A stretch of DNA of 64,000 nt from Octopus vulgaris (taxonomy: Eukaryota), in NCBI GenBank assembly GCA_951406725.2, contig OX597823.1, forward strand, positions 85,870,001 through 85,934,000. The letters run 5' to 3'. The notes under the pieces are model-generated. The model did no database searches, was not told the origin of the DNA, and saw only the letters and a list, made by a program, of their open reading frames with translations. Shown here in pieces: positions 27,090 through 40,697 of the stretch (position 1 is its first letter; every line of letters starts with the position of its first letter). Both the position numbers and the translations under genes were made by a program.

Positions 27090-28600
27090 GCGTATGTATG
27101 CATACATACCCACACACTCGCATGCACCCCTACCCACATACATACACGCACACCTACTCACACACACACATACACACACACACACATACCCGCACACACA
27201 CACGCATACATACATACACACACATACCTACTTCAGACATACACACACACAGACATACACCCATACACTCACACTCACACGCATACACACACACACATAC
27301 ACACGCACACGTACACATACACACACACACACACCTACATACATACATTACACTTGTGTACACACACACACTTACATTCATACACACACACACCTACACA
27401 GCCATACCCTCACTCAGACACACACACCTACCTACACACACACACAGACACACACCCATACATACATACATCTACACACACACGCCTACACACATACATA
27501 CACACATACATAAACACACACATACACATACACACACATACGCACACACACATACTTATACACATGCACACACACACACATACATACATACACCCATACA
27601 CATACACACACACATACCTACATACTCCTATACGCACATACATACACACAGACATACACACATACACACTCACACAAACATACACACACACATACTTACA
27701 CACACACTCACCTGCACGCGCACACACATGCATGACAAACACCCATACACTCACACTCACATACGCACACACCAACATAAACACGCACACGCACACACAC
27801 ACCTACACTCCCACACACATACACACGCACCTACATACACACACGCACGCATACACACGCACACACACGCATACACACATACATAACACACGTACACACA
27901 CACCTACATACACATGCATACACACACACACACAAACAAGCACGGACACACCCAGACATACATACATACACCTATATACACACGCCCACACACCTACATA
28001 CACACACATATACACACGCCCACACACCTACATACACACACATACATACACACACATACACGGACACACCCATACATACTTACATACATACACCTATACA
28101 CACACGCCTACACACCTACATACACACACATGCATACACACACACATGTACGCACATACACACACATATACGCACATACATATATACCCACACACATGCA
28201 CACACACACACATACGCACATGCATGCATGCATGCACACGCGCACACCTACACGCATACACACACACACACGCACGTACACATACATACATACACACACA
28301 CATACATACACCCATACACATACATGCATCCTACACACACATACATACACACTCACACATACATACACACACACACACTCACTCACACACCTGTATGTAC
28401 GTGCACACACATGCACATACACACACTTCCACACACCCACACGTACATACATACACACTCATACACATACACACACACACACACGGACATACATCTATGC
28501 ACACACATATATACACACATACTCACATACATTTCATCGGACACACTGACACACAGACATACACACAGACACACTCACACATCCACACACATACACACCT
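27090..28600. repeat. 1.5-kb degenerate (CA/CATA)n array
   Basis: Directly visible; source of the 706-aa His/Thr pseudo-ORF. Confidence 0.95.
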
Positions 28601-28859
28601 ACGCGCATACTCGCAGGCGCGCGCACACACGCGCTTGCGCCGGTTCGCGCACGCATACGCGCCGCATGCACCTCGCTCTTGGACCCGACGAGACCTCCCG
28701 CTCGTTCCTGGGACCGTCGCTTGTCGTTGGGTTTTCCCACGCCCGTCTCCGCGGGACCACTCTTCCATCTTCCGCTCAGCTGGAGTCCTTTTTCCTTAAC
28801 CCCCCCTTTTTTGTTACACACACGCGCACACATATACACACATTGCTTAAATATATACA

Positions 28860-29472
28860 TTACTCTTACACACATTCAATCTACTCGCCATTAATACTAC
28901 CACGACACTGGACACACACACACACTACTACTCAACACACGCTGGCACGCTACATACGCCCCCACCCCTTCCCCTCCCTCTCTTCCTCCGTCCTTCTTTT
29001 TCTTACAACTGACCAGTGTCTGCTATGCCTACCACTGTCTCGCCCTACCTCACACGCCTACACACAGACGCACACACTAACACATACATATATTTCTTGT
29101 TTTTTTATCTCGCCTCACACACACACATACACACACGCACACGCACACACTCACACATACACACACATCTGTTGCGTTACCAACCTTGTCTCCACTCTTT
29201 TGCCTTTATAAACCTACTTTGCTCTTGTTATCGTAAACTTCCGCCTTTCACCATGTGTAACTCGTAAACACCAGTCGTTTTTTTTCTCTATCCCTGTTGC
29301 CCGCTTTGGGATCTTTCTTTCCTCTCTCTTCCTTCTTTATATTTCCGACGAAGAGCTCCGCTCGAAACGTCATACCCTCCTGCTTCCATTTCCTGAGCGC
29401 CTATTAATAATAATACTGTAATTGTTCCATTGTTGTTGTTTTTTTGTTTTCCCGTTTGGATTAAAATTATAT

Positions 29473-29475
<3 letters not shown>
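28860..29475 (+). mobile_element. Longer Penelope-like 3'/pseudo-LTR region with hammerhead-like core
   Basis: ttt-ccgacga-a-gagc-tcc-gctc-GAAACGTC at about 29342-29371, followed by tttcctgagcg...taata shared with the shorter modules; ends in (TA)n. Confidence 0.6.
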
Positions 29476-29519
<44 letters not shown>

Positions 29520-30084
29520 ATTGTGCCTTTTAGTTAAGTTAAGTTAATTTTTTGGCTAAAAAAGCAAAAAGCAAGGCCATGTAGGGGGACATGGAGTTAT
29601 GTACAGGGTGGTGTTCATGCAAAGAGTTCATGCAAAGAGTTTAGCACAAGTCTACGAAGGGATCTTATCTCAAACAATTCCACAGCATCGTACCTTGTAA
29701 CGGAGTGTATACATTTAGTATGCTACACAGATGACACTTTTGATTTAATGTATTCTGAGTTATATATTCCAATAATGAAAGGTGTCACCGTCATCGCCAT
29801 CGTTATCATCATCAACAACAACTACAACATCAACATCATCTGTAACAGCAGCAGCAGTAGAAGCGGTAGCAGTAACATCGTTGCTTTCCTGGTCGCAGTC
29901 GTCGATTTTATCTCCTATTAGCATGGGCTTAATATTTATTCAGCCTTATATTTTTCTGAAATTATGCTACTTTGTAATTGTTTCACTAACTACATAAGCA
30001 CACATAGACGCGCGCGCACACACACACACACACGCATACACACACACACACACACATATGCATATACTCTTTACTCTGTTTTTA

Positions 30085-30459
30085 TTATTTTACTTGTTTC
30101 AGTCATTTGACTGCGGACAATGCTGAAGCACCGCCTTTAGTCGAGCTAAACAACCCCAGGAATTATTCTTTGTAAGCCTAGTACTTATTCTATCGGTCTC
30201 TTTTCCCGAACCGCTAAGTTACGGGGACGTAAACACCGTAAACACACAAGCATCGGTTGTCAAGCGATGTTGGGGGGGACAAACATACACACACACATAC
30301 ATATATACGACGGCCTTCTTTCAGTTTCCGTCTAGCAAATCCACTCACAAGGCTTTAGTCGTCTAGAAGCTATAGAAGACAATTGCCCAAGGTGCCACGC
30401 AGTGGGACTGAACCCGGAACCATGAGGTTCGGAAGCAAGCTACTTACCACACAGCCACT
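30085..30459 (-). mobile_element. SINE family A
   Basis: Reverse complement of the consensus. Confidence 0.9.
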
Positions 30460-31403
30460 TTATATATATATATATATAATATATATAAACTAGCTGTTTT
30501 ACTCATTACGAGGTAAGTAACTGCCTGTCACGTCTATATTTATATGCTGTTAGTAGGATCGGATAAGCTGGTGTCTCTGGCCTGCAGTTGTCCAGCACCG
30601 AGGACAGGAAATTACTCAGAAACCATTGGTCTGTTGCTACTGCTAGTAGCTAGGAGGGAGTAGTACGCTCCCTGGCTCACGGTATATTTCAGACACAGAT
30701 CGTGTGTCGATAACCAGCTGAAAAAAATGTTTTCCTGGGGTTAAAATGTAGTAGCAAAATCCTTCGCTGTACTGCCACTTTCGGTTGGCAAACAGATTTT
30801 ACTATGCAGTATAGTTTCTACTTAGATCTCATTCAGAGACTTAAAACTAGCTGTTTTACTCATTATATACACATAATTTTCTTTATAATTTCATCTAATG
30901 ATTCTTTATTCTTTCCATTATAATTGGGTATTTAGACAGGGTAATCGACTCAAGTAACATCTAAGATAGCTCTTAATTAGATGCCATCTCAGAAAATAAA
31001 ATTCTCATAAATAATTTTTAAGACAAACTGACAATGTTGCAATTATTAGGTAATTATAAAAGATTCTATTGATGGCTCTCCCGGGTAGATTAACGGAACT
31101 GATTCTCGGGTGAGATACCATGCCGTATCTGTTATGGCCCTTTGCGTTCTGATCACAGCCACCGCTTGCGGATGGCAATGATGCCAAGTGGTATCGGTTC
31201 AAATCGGCAACCCTTTTCTTAGCTAAACGTCAGTGACGTGCGTTCTTGAGCAAGGTAATTTCTTGCTCAATTTCGCGTACCTGTAATGAGTAAAATTCTT
31301 TCGTTCAGCAAGGCTATTTATTTCACATTCTTCTAGTTCGCTCTTCTCTATTGAGTACTAGACAAGCCTAAGTCCATTTCTCTCACTCCACTCTTTCTCC
31401 CTT

Positions 31404-31453
<50 letters not shown>

Positions 31454-31882
31454 ATACCATCTCCGCGCCGCCGCACACACTCTACCTCACATAATTCATC
31501 CAAATTTGGTAACTGGTCTACAGATAGAATTTTCAGCAAGCTATAGAAAAATTGTTTCCATAATTGCTACCAAACCACATGCTGTCGGGTTCTTGGCATC
31601 TTGGGCAAGTGTTTATACTATAGCCCCAGGTCAAACAATGCCTTATGGTTGGATCTGATCGACGAAAATTTAAAGAAACTTATCTTATATGTATGTAGGT
31701 ATACATGTTGCTTATATGTATGTATACATACATGTTTGAGTATTTGAAGGTGAGATACCTCTTTCTTTGGGATGCAAAACATCCGTATATTCGCCAAAGT
31801 GATCGGGTGTATCGTTCGAAAGAGGTCAAACAGATCCGTCAGATAAGACCAGTGTTTGTTAGCTTTTATATCAATAGATTGA

Positions 31883-32135
31883 AGGCGCATGGGTTAGTGT
31901 CTAGGGTAATCGTCACACGATCGTAAGGGCGCAAGTTCGATTTCCCTGCGGCGCATTATGTCCGTTAGCAGGACACTTTACTTGACGTTGCTCAACTCCA
32001 CTCAGCTGGCAAAATGGAGCTGTATCTGTAATTCACAGGGGCCAGTTTTATCACATTCTGTGTCACGCTGAATCTCCCTGAGAACTACGTTACCGGATCA
32101 GCTGGGATACTCGTCGTCGTAATCGACGGAGTGCC
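31883..32135 (+). mobile_element. SINE with D-like head and core and B-like tail
   Basis: aggcgcatgggttagtg head; ctccactcagctggcaaaat core; tgtcacgctgaatctccctgagaactacgtta...gacggagtgcc tail. Confidence 0.65.
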
Positions 32136-32830
32136 ATTATACATTCAAACTCATAAGTCACAACTTTGGCCTGAAATACTGTGAGAGAGTAAAGAGTCAA
32201 GTTTACTTTCTCATTGTACTTGCTGAAATTTCGGTGGGGTGTAGAGGTTGTCCATTACACTGACCCCAGTTATCTACCAGTACTTATTTTATCGACCCTG
32301 GAAGAATGAGTGACAAACTTGACCGCGGTAGAATTTGAATACACAATAGACACATCAATTAATGTCAACAGTATCGGAATCTTCGGCTCAGGCGATATTG
32401 TCTTCTTGAGCTTCATAACAATGTTGTCTAGTTTAATGTCTCCATATATCATTTTACATTTGTATGGATGACACTCTTTTACTCTTTTTACTCTTTTACT
32501 TATTTCAGTCATTTTACTGCGGCCATGCTGGAGCGCCGCCTTTAGTCGAGCAAATCGACCCCAACTATTATTCTTTGTAAGCCTAGTACTTATTCTATCG
32601 GTCTGTTTTGCCAAACCGCTAATTTACAGGGACGTAAACACATCAGCATCGGTTGTTAAACATATACATACATGTGTATGTATAGGCGCATGCGTGGCTG
32701 TGTGGTAAGAAGCTTGTTTCCCAACCACATGGTTCTGAGTTCAGTCGCAATGCATGGCATCATGGGCAAGTATCTTCTACTATAGGCTCGGGCCGACCGA
32801 AGCCTTATGAAACACACACACACACAGACA

Positions 32831-32867
<37 letters not shown>

Positions 32868-33531
32868 GACGGGTTTCTTTCAGTTTTCGTCTACCAAATC
32901 CACTAACACGGCTTTGGTCGGCCTGAGGCTATAGCAGAAGACACTTACCTAAGGCGTCACGCAGTGGGACTGAACCATTAACCATGGGGTTGGTAAGCAA
33001 GCTTCTTGCCACACAGCCACTCCTACGCCTATGACAGTTAGCAATTCAGTGAGAGAGTAAAGAGTCAAGTTTACTTTCTCATTGTACTTGCTGAGATTTC
33101 GGTGGGGCGTAGAGGTAGTCCATTACACTGACCCCAGTTATCTACCAGTACTTATTTTATCGACCCTGGAAGAATGAGAGACAAACTTGACCGCGGTAGA
33201 ATTTGAATACACAATATATAAAGACGGACGAAATGCTGTTTAGTATTTCTGCCAGCTTACCGCCTTAAGGACTAATTTGGACAATATGTTTCTGAGACTG
33301 TGGCCATGCTGGGGCACAACTTTGAAGAATTTTAGACGAATGAATCGACTCCAGCACTTATTTTTCTTATTTAAAGTACAGGAACTTATTCTGTCAGTCA
33401 CTTTTGCCGAACCGCTAAGTTACGGGAACGTAAACACACTAACATCGGTTGTCAAACGATGGTGGGGGATAATCACAAATACACACACGCACACGCACGC
33501 GCACACACACTCACACACACGCACAAATATA

Positions 33532-33577
<46 letters not shown>

Positions 33578-34366
33578 GGCTTCTTTCAGTTTCCGTCTAC
33601 CAATTCTCTCACAAGGCTTTGGTTCGCCCGAGGTTATAATAGAAGACACTTGCCCGAGATTCCATGCAGTGGGACTGAACCCAGGGTGACGTGGCTGGGA
33701 AACATATCAAAAGCAATTTTTAATCTGTGGTCGGTAAAAAGCTTGCTTCCAAACCACATGGTAACGGGTTCAATCCTACTCCTTGGAACCTTGGGCAAGT
33801 GAGTTATACTATAGCCCCAGGTCAACCAATGCCTTGTGGCTGGATCTGATCGACGGAAATTGAAAGAAACTTGTCGTATATGTATGTACTATACATGTTG
33901 ATTGTATGTATGTATACATACATGTTTGAGTGTATGTATGAAAGCATGCATATATGTATGCATTTGTGTATGTATGTATGAGTGCATGTGTGCATGCATG
34001 TATGTATACATGTGTGAGTATGCTTGCATGTATGTATGCATATATATATATATGCACGCATGAATATATGCATGTGTATGTAAGTATCCATTCGTGTGTG
34101 TATATATGTATACATGTCTGTGTGTATGTATCTATGTGTGTATGCACTTATGTATGCATGTGTATGTGTGTATGTATGCATGCATATATGTGAGTGTATG
34201 TATGCATGCATGTATGTATGTATGTATGTATGTATGTATGTATGCATGTGTGTACGTATGTGTGTATGTATGTGTACGTATGTTTGTATGTATTGTGCGT
34301 ATGTATATATGTGCGCATACATGTGCGTATGCATGCTGTGTGTATGTTTGCACGCATTTTATGTAT

Positions 34367-34742
34367 AGGTGCATGCGTGGCTGTGTGTTAAGAAGCTTGC
34401 TTCCCAACCACATGGTTCTGAGTTCAGTTGCAATGCATGGCACCATGGGTAAGTGTCTTCTACTAGAGGCTCGGGCCGACCAAAGCCTTGTGAGTCGATT
34501 GCGTAGACGTCGTATATAGATGTGTGTGTGTGTGTCTTTTGTGTCTGTGTGTGTCACCTGCCATCACTTGACAACCAATGTTCGTGTATTTACCTGCCCG
34601 TAACCTAGCAATTCCGCAAAAGAGACCGATGGAATAAGTACTAGGCTTACAAAGAATGAGCCCTGGGGTCGATTTGTTCGACTAAAGGCAGTGCTCCAGT
34701 TTGGCCGCTGTCAAATGACTGAAAGAAGTAAAAGGATAAAAG
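34367..34742 (+). mobile_element. SINE family A
   Basis: Head-to-tail match; shares private variants with 32683-32810. Confidence 0.88.
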
Positions 34743-34790
34743 AATATATATATATATATATATATACTTATATATACAAGTGTGTATGTG

Positions 34791-34842
<52 letters not shown>

Positions 34843-35628
34843 CATACACGCACACACACACAAGCATACATGTATATATACATATGCGTGTATGTTAGTG
34901 TGTGTATGCGTGAGCGCGTGTTTATATGTATGTGTTTGTCTTTGTGATTGTGTTTTTCCATCACCACCGCTTGACAGCCGGTGTTGGTTTGTTTACGTCT
35001 TCGCAACGAATCGGTTCGGCCAAATCGACTGATTGGATAAGTAGCTGCTTTAAAAATATTAATTCTGGGGTCGATTCGTTCATCTAAAGTCCTTCAACGT
35101 GGTGCCCCAGAATGGCCACAGGCGAATAACTGAAATTAAGACACGATAAATGACGTACTGTGTCTGGAACCGCATTATTCAATGCACGTTTCCTGTTTGT
35201 CTTTTTGAAAATAAAAGAGAGCGAGCGAATTTACAGAGATTTTATTGTCATTTCTAGCATAACAAGCGATCAAATAGGCGATCATATATACATCGACGCA
35301 TCTAATTTCTGTCGGGCTCCGGCTCCTTAATAAGCACTTGATGTACTTCATATATTGGCACCAGTTCAAATATTTGTTGGACACCAGTAAGTTGGATCGA
35401 TTTAGCTAATTACATAATTAGCCCACGGGTTTAAGAAAGGCTAAGTGGATTGAGACGCAAACAACAATTATAAAAATAACATTCCCATTATTATATTTGC
35501 TTCGCTTTCTTTCTTTTTTTTTTATTTACCATGAGATCAACAGTGACAGACTTTGCAAGACAATACAAGTTTTACAGAACATAAAGCAGTAATGTAGATT
35601 GCTGGAGACGTCCTGTAAACATATATGC

Positions 35629-35672
<44 letters not shown>

Positions 35673-35735
35673 CATTTATATTATTATTCAATTGGACGCC
35701 ACGCATCCATTTGCAAATATACATACATATGTACG

Positions 35736-35794
<59 letters not shown>

Positions 35795-35953
35795 TTGTGT
35801 GTCTGTGTATGTGTGTGTATGTATACATACATATACATACACACATATACATATATATATAGATATACATACACACATATACGATATATATACATACACA
35901 CACACACACATATATACACACACACCTCATCGAACAATATGAAAATTACAACG

Positions 35954-35984
<31 letters not shown>

Positions 35985-36394
35985 AAGGCGGTGAGCTGAG
36001 AAAATCGTTAGTATGGCGGACAAAATGCTTATCGGCATTTTGTCCGTCTTCGGGTTCACCCTTCATCGTTTAGAGACCGATGAAATAAATACCAGTTGAA
36101 TGCGTGGGTGGATGTAAATGATTCATCCTACCCTTCGAGGTCGCAGACCTTGAACCGAAATTTGAAATCAATATATGTATCATGAAGCAAATAATGAAAT
36201 GATGATTCATACAAACAGTAATTACAAATTCTTAATTATAATAATCATTAAAGAAACTATAAGCATGGTTATGTTGTAAGAAGCTTGCGGTTTCCGTCCC
36301 AGTGCGTAGCACGGTGGGCAATTGCCTTTTAATATAGAATCGGGACGACCAAATCCTTCTGAGTAGATATGGTATACGAATACTACAAGGTAGT

Positions 36395-36491
<97 letters not shown>

Positions 36492-36540
36492 CAGACAGAC
36501 ATATAGATAGATAGATAGACAGATAGACAGACAGACAGAC

Positions 36541-36611
<71 letters not shown>

Positions 36612-36644
36612 TACATACATATATATATATATATCTATATATAT

Positions 36645-36883
36645 GATCTCTGACTTCTGGCCGGAATCAGATCGCCATGTTGAATCGCTAGCTTCTGCAC
36701 GCATTATTTTTCTCTCCTTGTTTCTCTCCGTGTTTTTTTTCTGTGTATCTTTCTGTTGAAGAGCGTAGGCTCGAAACGTAAAAGACTTGTTTTAAATATA
36801 TTCCTGAGCGCCATACTAATACAATTGTTTGTTTGTACTCCACCTGCCTTCGTCTTTTGTATATTTTCATAAAGCTTCCCGTT
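36645..36883 (+). mobile_element. Penelope-like pseudo-LTR module
   Basis: ctgttga-a-gagc-gtag-gctc-GAAACGTA; TA-flanked; collinear with 24340-24530. Confidence 0.65.
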
Positions 36884-37204
36884 ATATATATAATTATATG
36901 TATATATTTATGTATGTCTTTCTATCTATGCTTGACCCCCCACACACACACACACACAGGCACCATCGCTTGACAAGCAATGCTGGTGTTTAACGTCCCG
37001 TAGATTCGCGATTGGGCAAAAGAGACCGATAGAATATGGACCAGGCTTACAAATAATAAGTCCTGGGCTCAATTTCTTTGAATAAAAGGTGGTGCTCAAC
37101 ACATTATGATCACCAAATGCACCTTGAAAGTTGACGATCTTAAACATTAAAAAAGCAAAACATTAAAACTCAAAATTTTTGTCTCCATAGAATCAATAAA
37201 TATA

Positions 37205-37294
37205 GAGTAATCCCTCGACTATTGCGGGTGTTCTGCTCCAAAACCACTCGCGATAGCTGAAAATCCGCGAAGTAGAAAAAGTACTATACTGTAT

Positions 37295-37325
<31 letters not shown>

Positions 37326-37441
37326 TTATAATTTGTATATATTTATTTTATTATCAATACAAAACAAATCGACGGAGGAATCGACGTAAGCTGAAATACT
37401 AAACCGCGATAAGTGGACCGCGATATGGCGTGGGATTACTG
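37205..37441. mobile_element. Tc1/pogo (Tigger-like) MITE
   Basis: TIRs gagtaatccctcg / cgtgggattactg with TA target duplication. Confidence 0.75.
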
Positions 37442-38047
37442 TACTCGAATGCATGTATTGATTACATTGACACATATCGTATAAATATATATTCATGGCC
37501 CTTACAGATCCTAAATGATGTCAGAGTATGCACATTCAAACCCCATTCCCGACCCCTCTTCCTATCCCTTCGTCACTGTTCTGATGTAATTATTGATAGA
37601 ATTTTGCATTCCATTCAACATGCTTCATCACCGCTGTCTGTGAAGCAAGTCTTTTGCCTTTCGTTCATTGCCATTCCTCTCTCCTACTTCGTACATGTCT
37701 TTTCTTCTTTTCTCAAATCATTCTCTTTTATTTACACACATGCACACACACACACATACTCATATAAATGCAAATATATATACATATATAGACACACACA
37801 CATACATACATATATATGTATGTGTGTATGCATGTGTGAGTGTAAATATCTATGGTGGCATACGTGTAGACACACGCATATATATATATATATATATATA
37901 CATATACACACACACATGCATAACTGCATATATATTTATATACCAATACACACATTCATATATTCATATATGTACGTGGACATATATATTCTTATATATG
38001 TATATGGACATATATAAATATATATAAATAGATATATGTATATATAA

Positions 38048-38093
<46 letters not shown>

Positions 38094-38293
38094 GTATATA
38101 TATGTATATATATGTGTAAATATATAAATATATGCGTATATATATATATATGTATATTTTTATATGTTCACATATATCGCATGCATGCGTGTGTGTAGGT
38201 ATGCTAAAATTAGACAAAATAATCGTTCAAGTACTTGCATTCATATGAAAATTTAATTATATAATTACACGCAGAAACTCACTGCCAAGTGCA

Positions 38294-38342
<49 letters not shown>

Positions 38343-38404
38343 TCACACATACATACATACATATATGCGTATGAATATGTATAATATGCACATGTATGTG
38401 TGTG

Positions 38405-38730
38405 TGCATCGTTAGCTCCGTCGGTTACGATAGCGAGGGTTCCAGTTGCTAGTGAAATTAGCGTGCAAGTGGCTAAGTACCCCACATACACACGTACTCT
38501 TAACGGAGATTCACCGTGAGACAAAGTGTGACAAGGCTGACCCCTCAAAATACAGGTACAACAGAAACAGAGAGAAAGAGTGAGAGAAAGGATACAGCAG
38601 AGTTCGCCACCACCCCTTGCCTCAGCCTCTTGGAGCCTTAGGTGTTTTCGATCAATAAGCACTCACAACAGCCTCTCTAGAAATCGAACCCACGATCGCG
38701 AGTCCGCTAGCCTAATCATTGCACCTTCAC
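38405..38730 (-). mobile_element. SINE family B, diverged
   Basis: ctccgtcggttacga...ggtgttttcgatcaataagcactcacaac. Confidence 0.8.
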
Positions 38731-38779
38731 TATATATATATATATATTAGTATAATATAGTATACATATATATGTGTAA

Positions 38780-39092
38780 GGGGCTAAATATATATTCATG
38801 GCCCTTACATATCCTAAATGATGTCAGAGGATAAACAAGGACAGACTGACGAAATACCAATTTCTTTACTACCCACAAGGGGCCAAACACAGAGAGAACA
38901 AACAAGGATAGATAAAGGGATTAAGTCGATTACATCGACCCCAGTGCGTAAATGGTACTTAATTTATCGACCCAGAAAGGATGAAAGGCAAAGTCGATCT
39001 CGGCACAATCTGAACTTAGAACGTAACGGCAGACGAAATGCTGATAAGCATTTCGCCCGGCGTGCTAACTTTTCTGCCAGCTCGCCGCCTTA
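38780..39092 (-). mobile_element. SINE family C, long form
   Basis: Head ggcggcgagctggcagaaaag; junction aaagaaatt|ggtatttcgtc at about 38848-38868. Confidence 0.8.
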
Positions 39093-39618
39093 GAAAGGTG
39101 TATTATTATTATTATTGCAATAAGTGGCGAACTGGGAAAATCGTTAGCACACTGACAAAATGATCAGCGGTATTTCGTGTCTTTACCTTCTGAATTCGAC
39201 TTTGCCTTTCATCCTTGTGGGGGTCGATGATATAAGTACTAATCCAACTCTGGGGGTCAATGTAATAGACTAGCTTGTCCCCTAAAATTTCAATCCCTAC
39301 GCCTATATTACAAGGGATTATTATTACAAATCCGACGGGCTAACAGAACCATTAGCACGGTGGATAGAATATTCAGCGGTATTTCATCCGACTCTTTACG
39401 TACAGAGTTCAAGTAGCCATCATGGATTTTGCCTGTCATGCCTTCTGGATCGATAACGTAAGCACCACTTGCGCACAGAGATCGATGATATCGACATATA
39501 TCTTACGCCAAAATTGCTGCTCTTGTGAGAAAATCTGAAACCATTAACAATTATTATTATTTTGCTAGAGGTCTGCGTAGACTTACACAATACTTTTTTT
39601 TTACTGTCTCAAAGCATG

Positions 39619-39664
<46 letters not shown>

Positions 39665-39689
39665 ATATATATTTATATTTGTACGTATG

Positions 39690-39744
<55 letters not shown>

Positions 39745-39767
39745 ATATATATATATATATGTATATG

Positions 39768-39860
<93 letters not shown>

Positions 39861-39947
39861 CTGTGTGTGTATATTAATATATATGTATGTATCTATCTAT
39901 TTAGATATCTGTATATGCATCTATCTATCTATCTATATATATATATA

Positions 39948-39989
<42 letters not shown>

Positions 39990-40263
39990 AATGCATATAT
40001 ATCACTGTATCGATGACACTATTGTATGGCTGTTACACACCGCCGATCACAATGTGCTTCCTCGCATTAGTTTCGCTTTCAATTGATGCCCCTCTTCCCT
40101 ACTGGCTAGGCATGCATTCTCCATGAACGGAATTCCAGTCCGCCGCGGGGTTACCCATTGACAGCTGAGTGGGGTGGAGCAACGTGAAATAAAGAACACA
40201 AGGAACCGCTTGGGTGGAAATCATGATCAATTGAACAATATCCTAACCACTGGACCATACGCC

Positions 40264-40301
<38 letters not shown>

Positions 40302-40325
40302 AATATGTATGTATGTGCAGGTATG

Positions 40326-40697
40326 TGGAAGCACTCCGTCGGTTACAACGATGAGGGTTCCGGTTGATCCGAATCAACAGAACACCCTGCTCGTGAAATT
40401 AACGAGCACTCCACAGACACGTGCACCCTTAACGTAGTTCTCGGGGATATTCAGCGTGACACAGAGTGACAAGACCGGCCCCTTGAAATAAAGGTACAAC
40501 AGAAACAGGAAGTAAGAGTGAGAGAAAGTTGTGGTGAAAGAGTACAGCAGGGATCGCCACCATCCCCTGCCGGAGCCTCGTGGAGCTTTTAGGTGTTTTC
40601 GCTCAATAAACACTCACAACGCCCTGTCTGGAAATCGAAACCGCGATCCTATGACCGCGAGTCCGCTGCCCTAACCAACGAGCCATTGCGCCTCCAC
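40326..40697 (-). mobile_element. SINE family B with 12-bp TSD
   Basis: TSD atgtgcaggtat at 40313-40324 and 40698-40709. Confidence 0.92.

Noticed and set aside
26679-28799. 706-aa ORF, the longest in the window
   Set aside because: Translation of CA/TA microsatellite (His/Thr/Tyr runs); CA repeats contain no stop codons; no domain.
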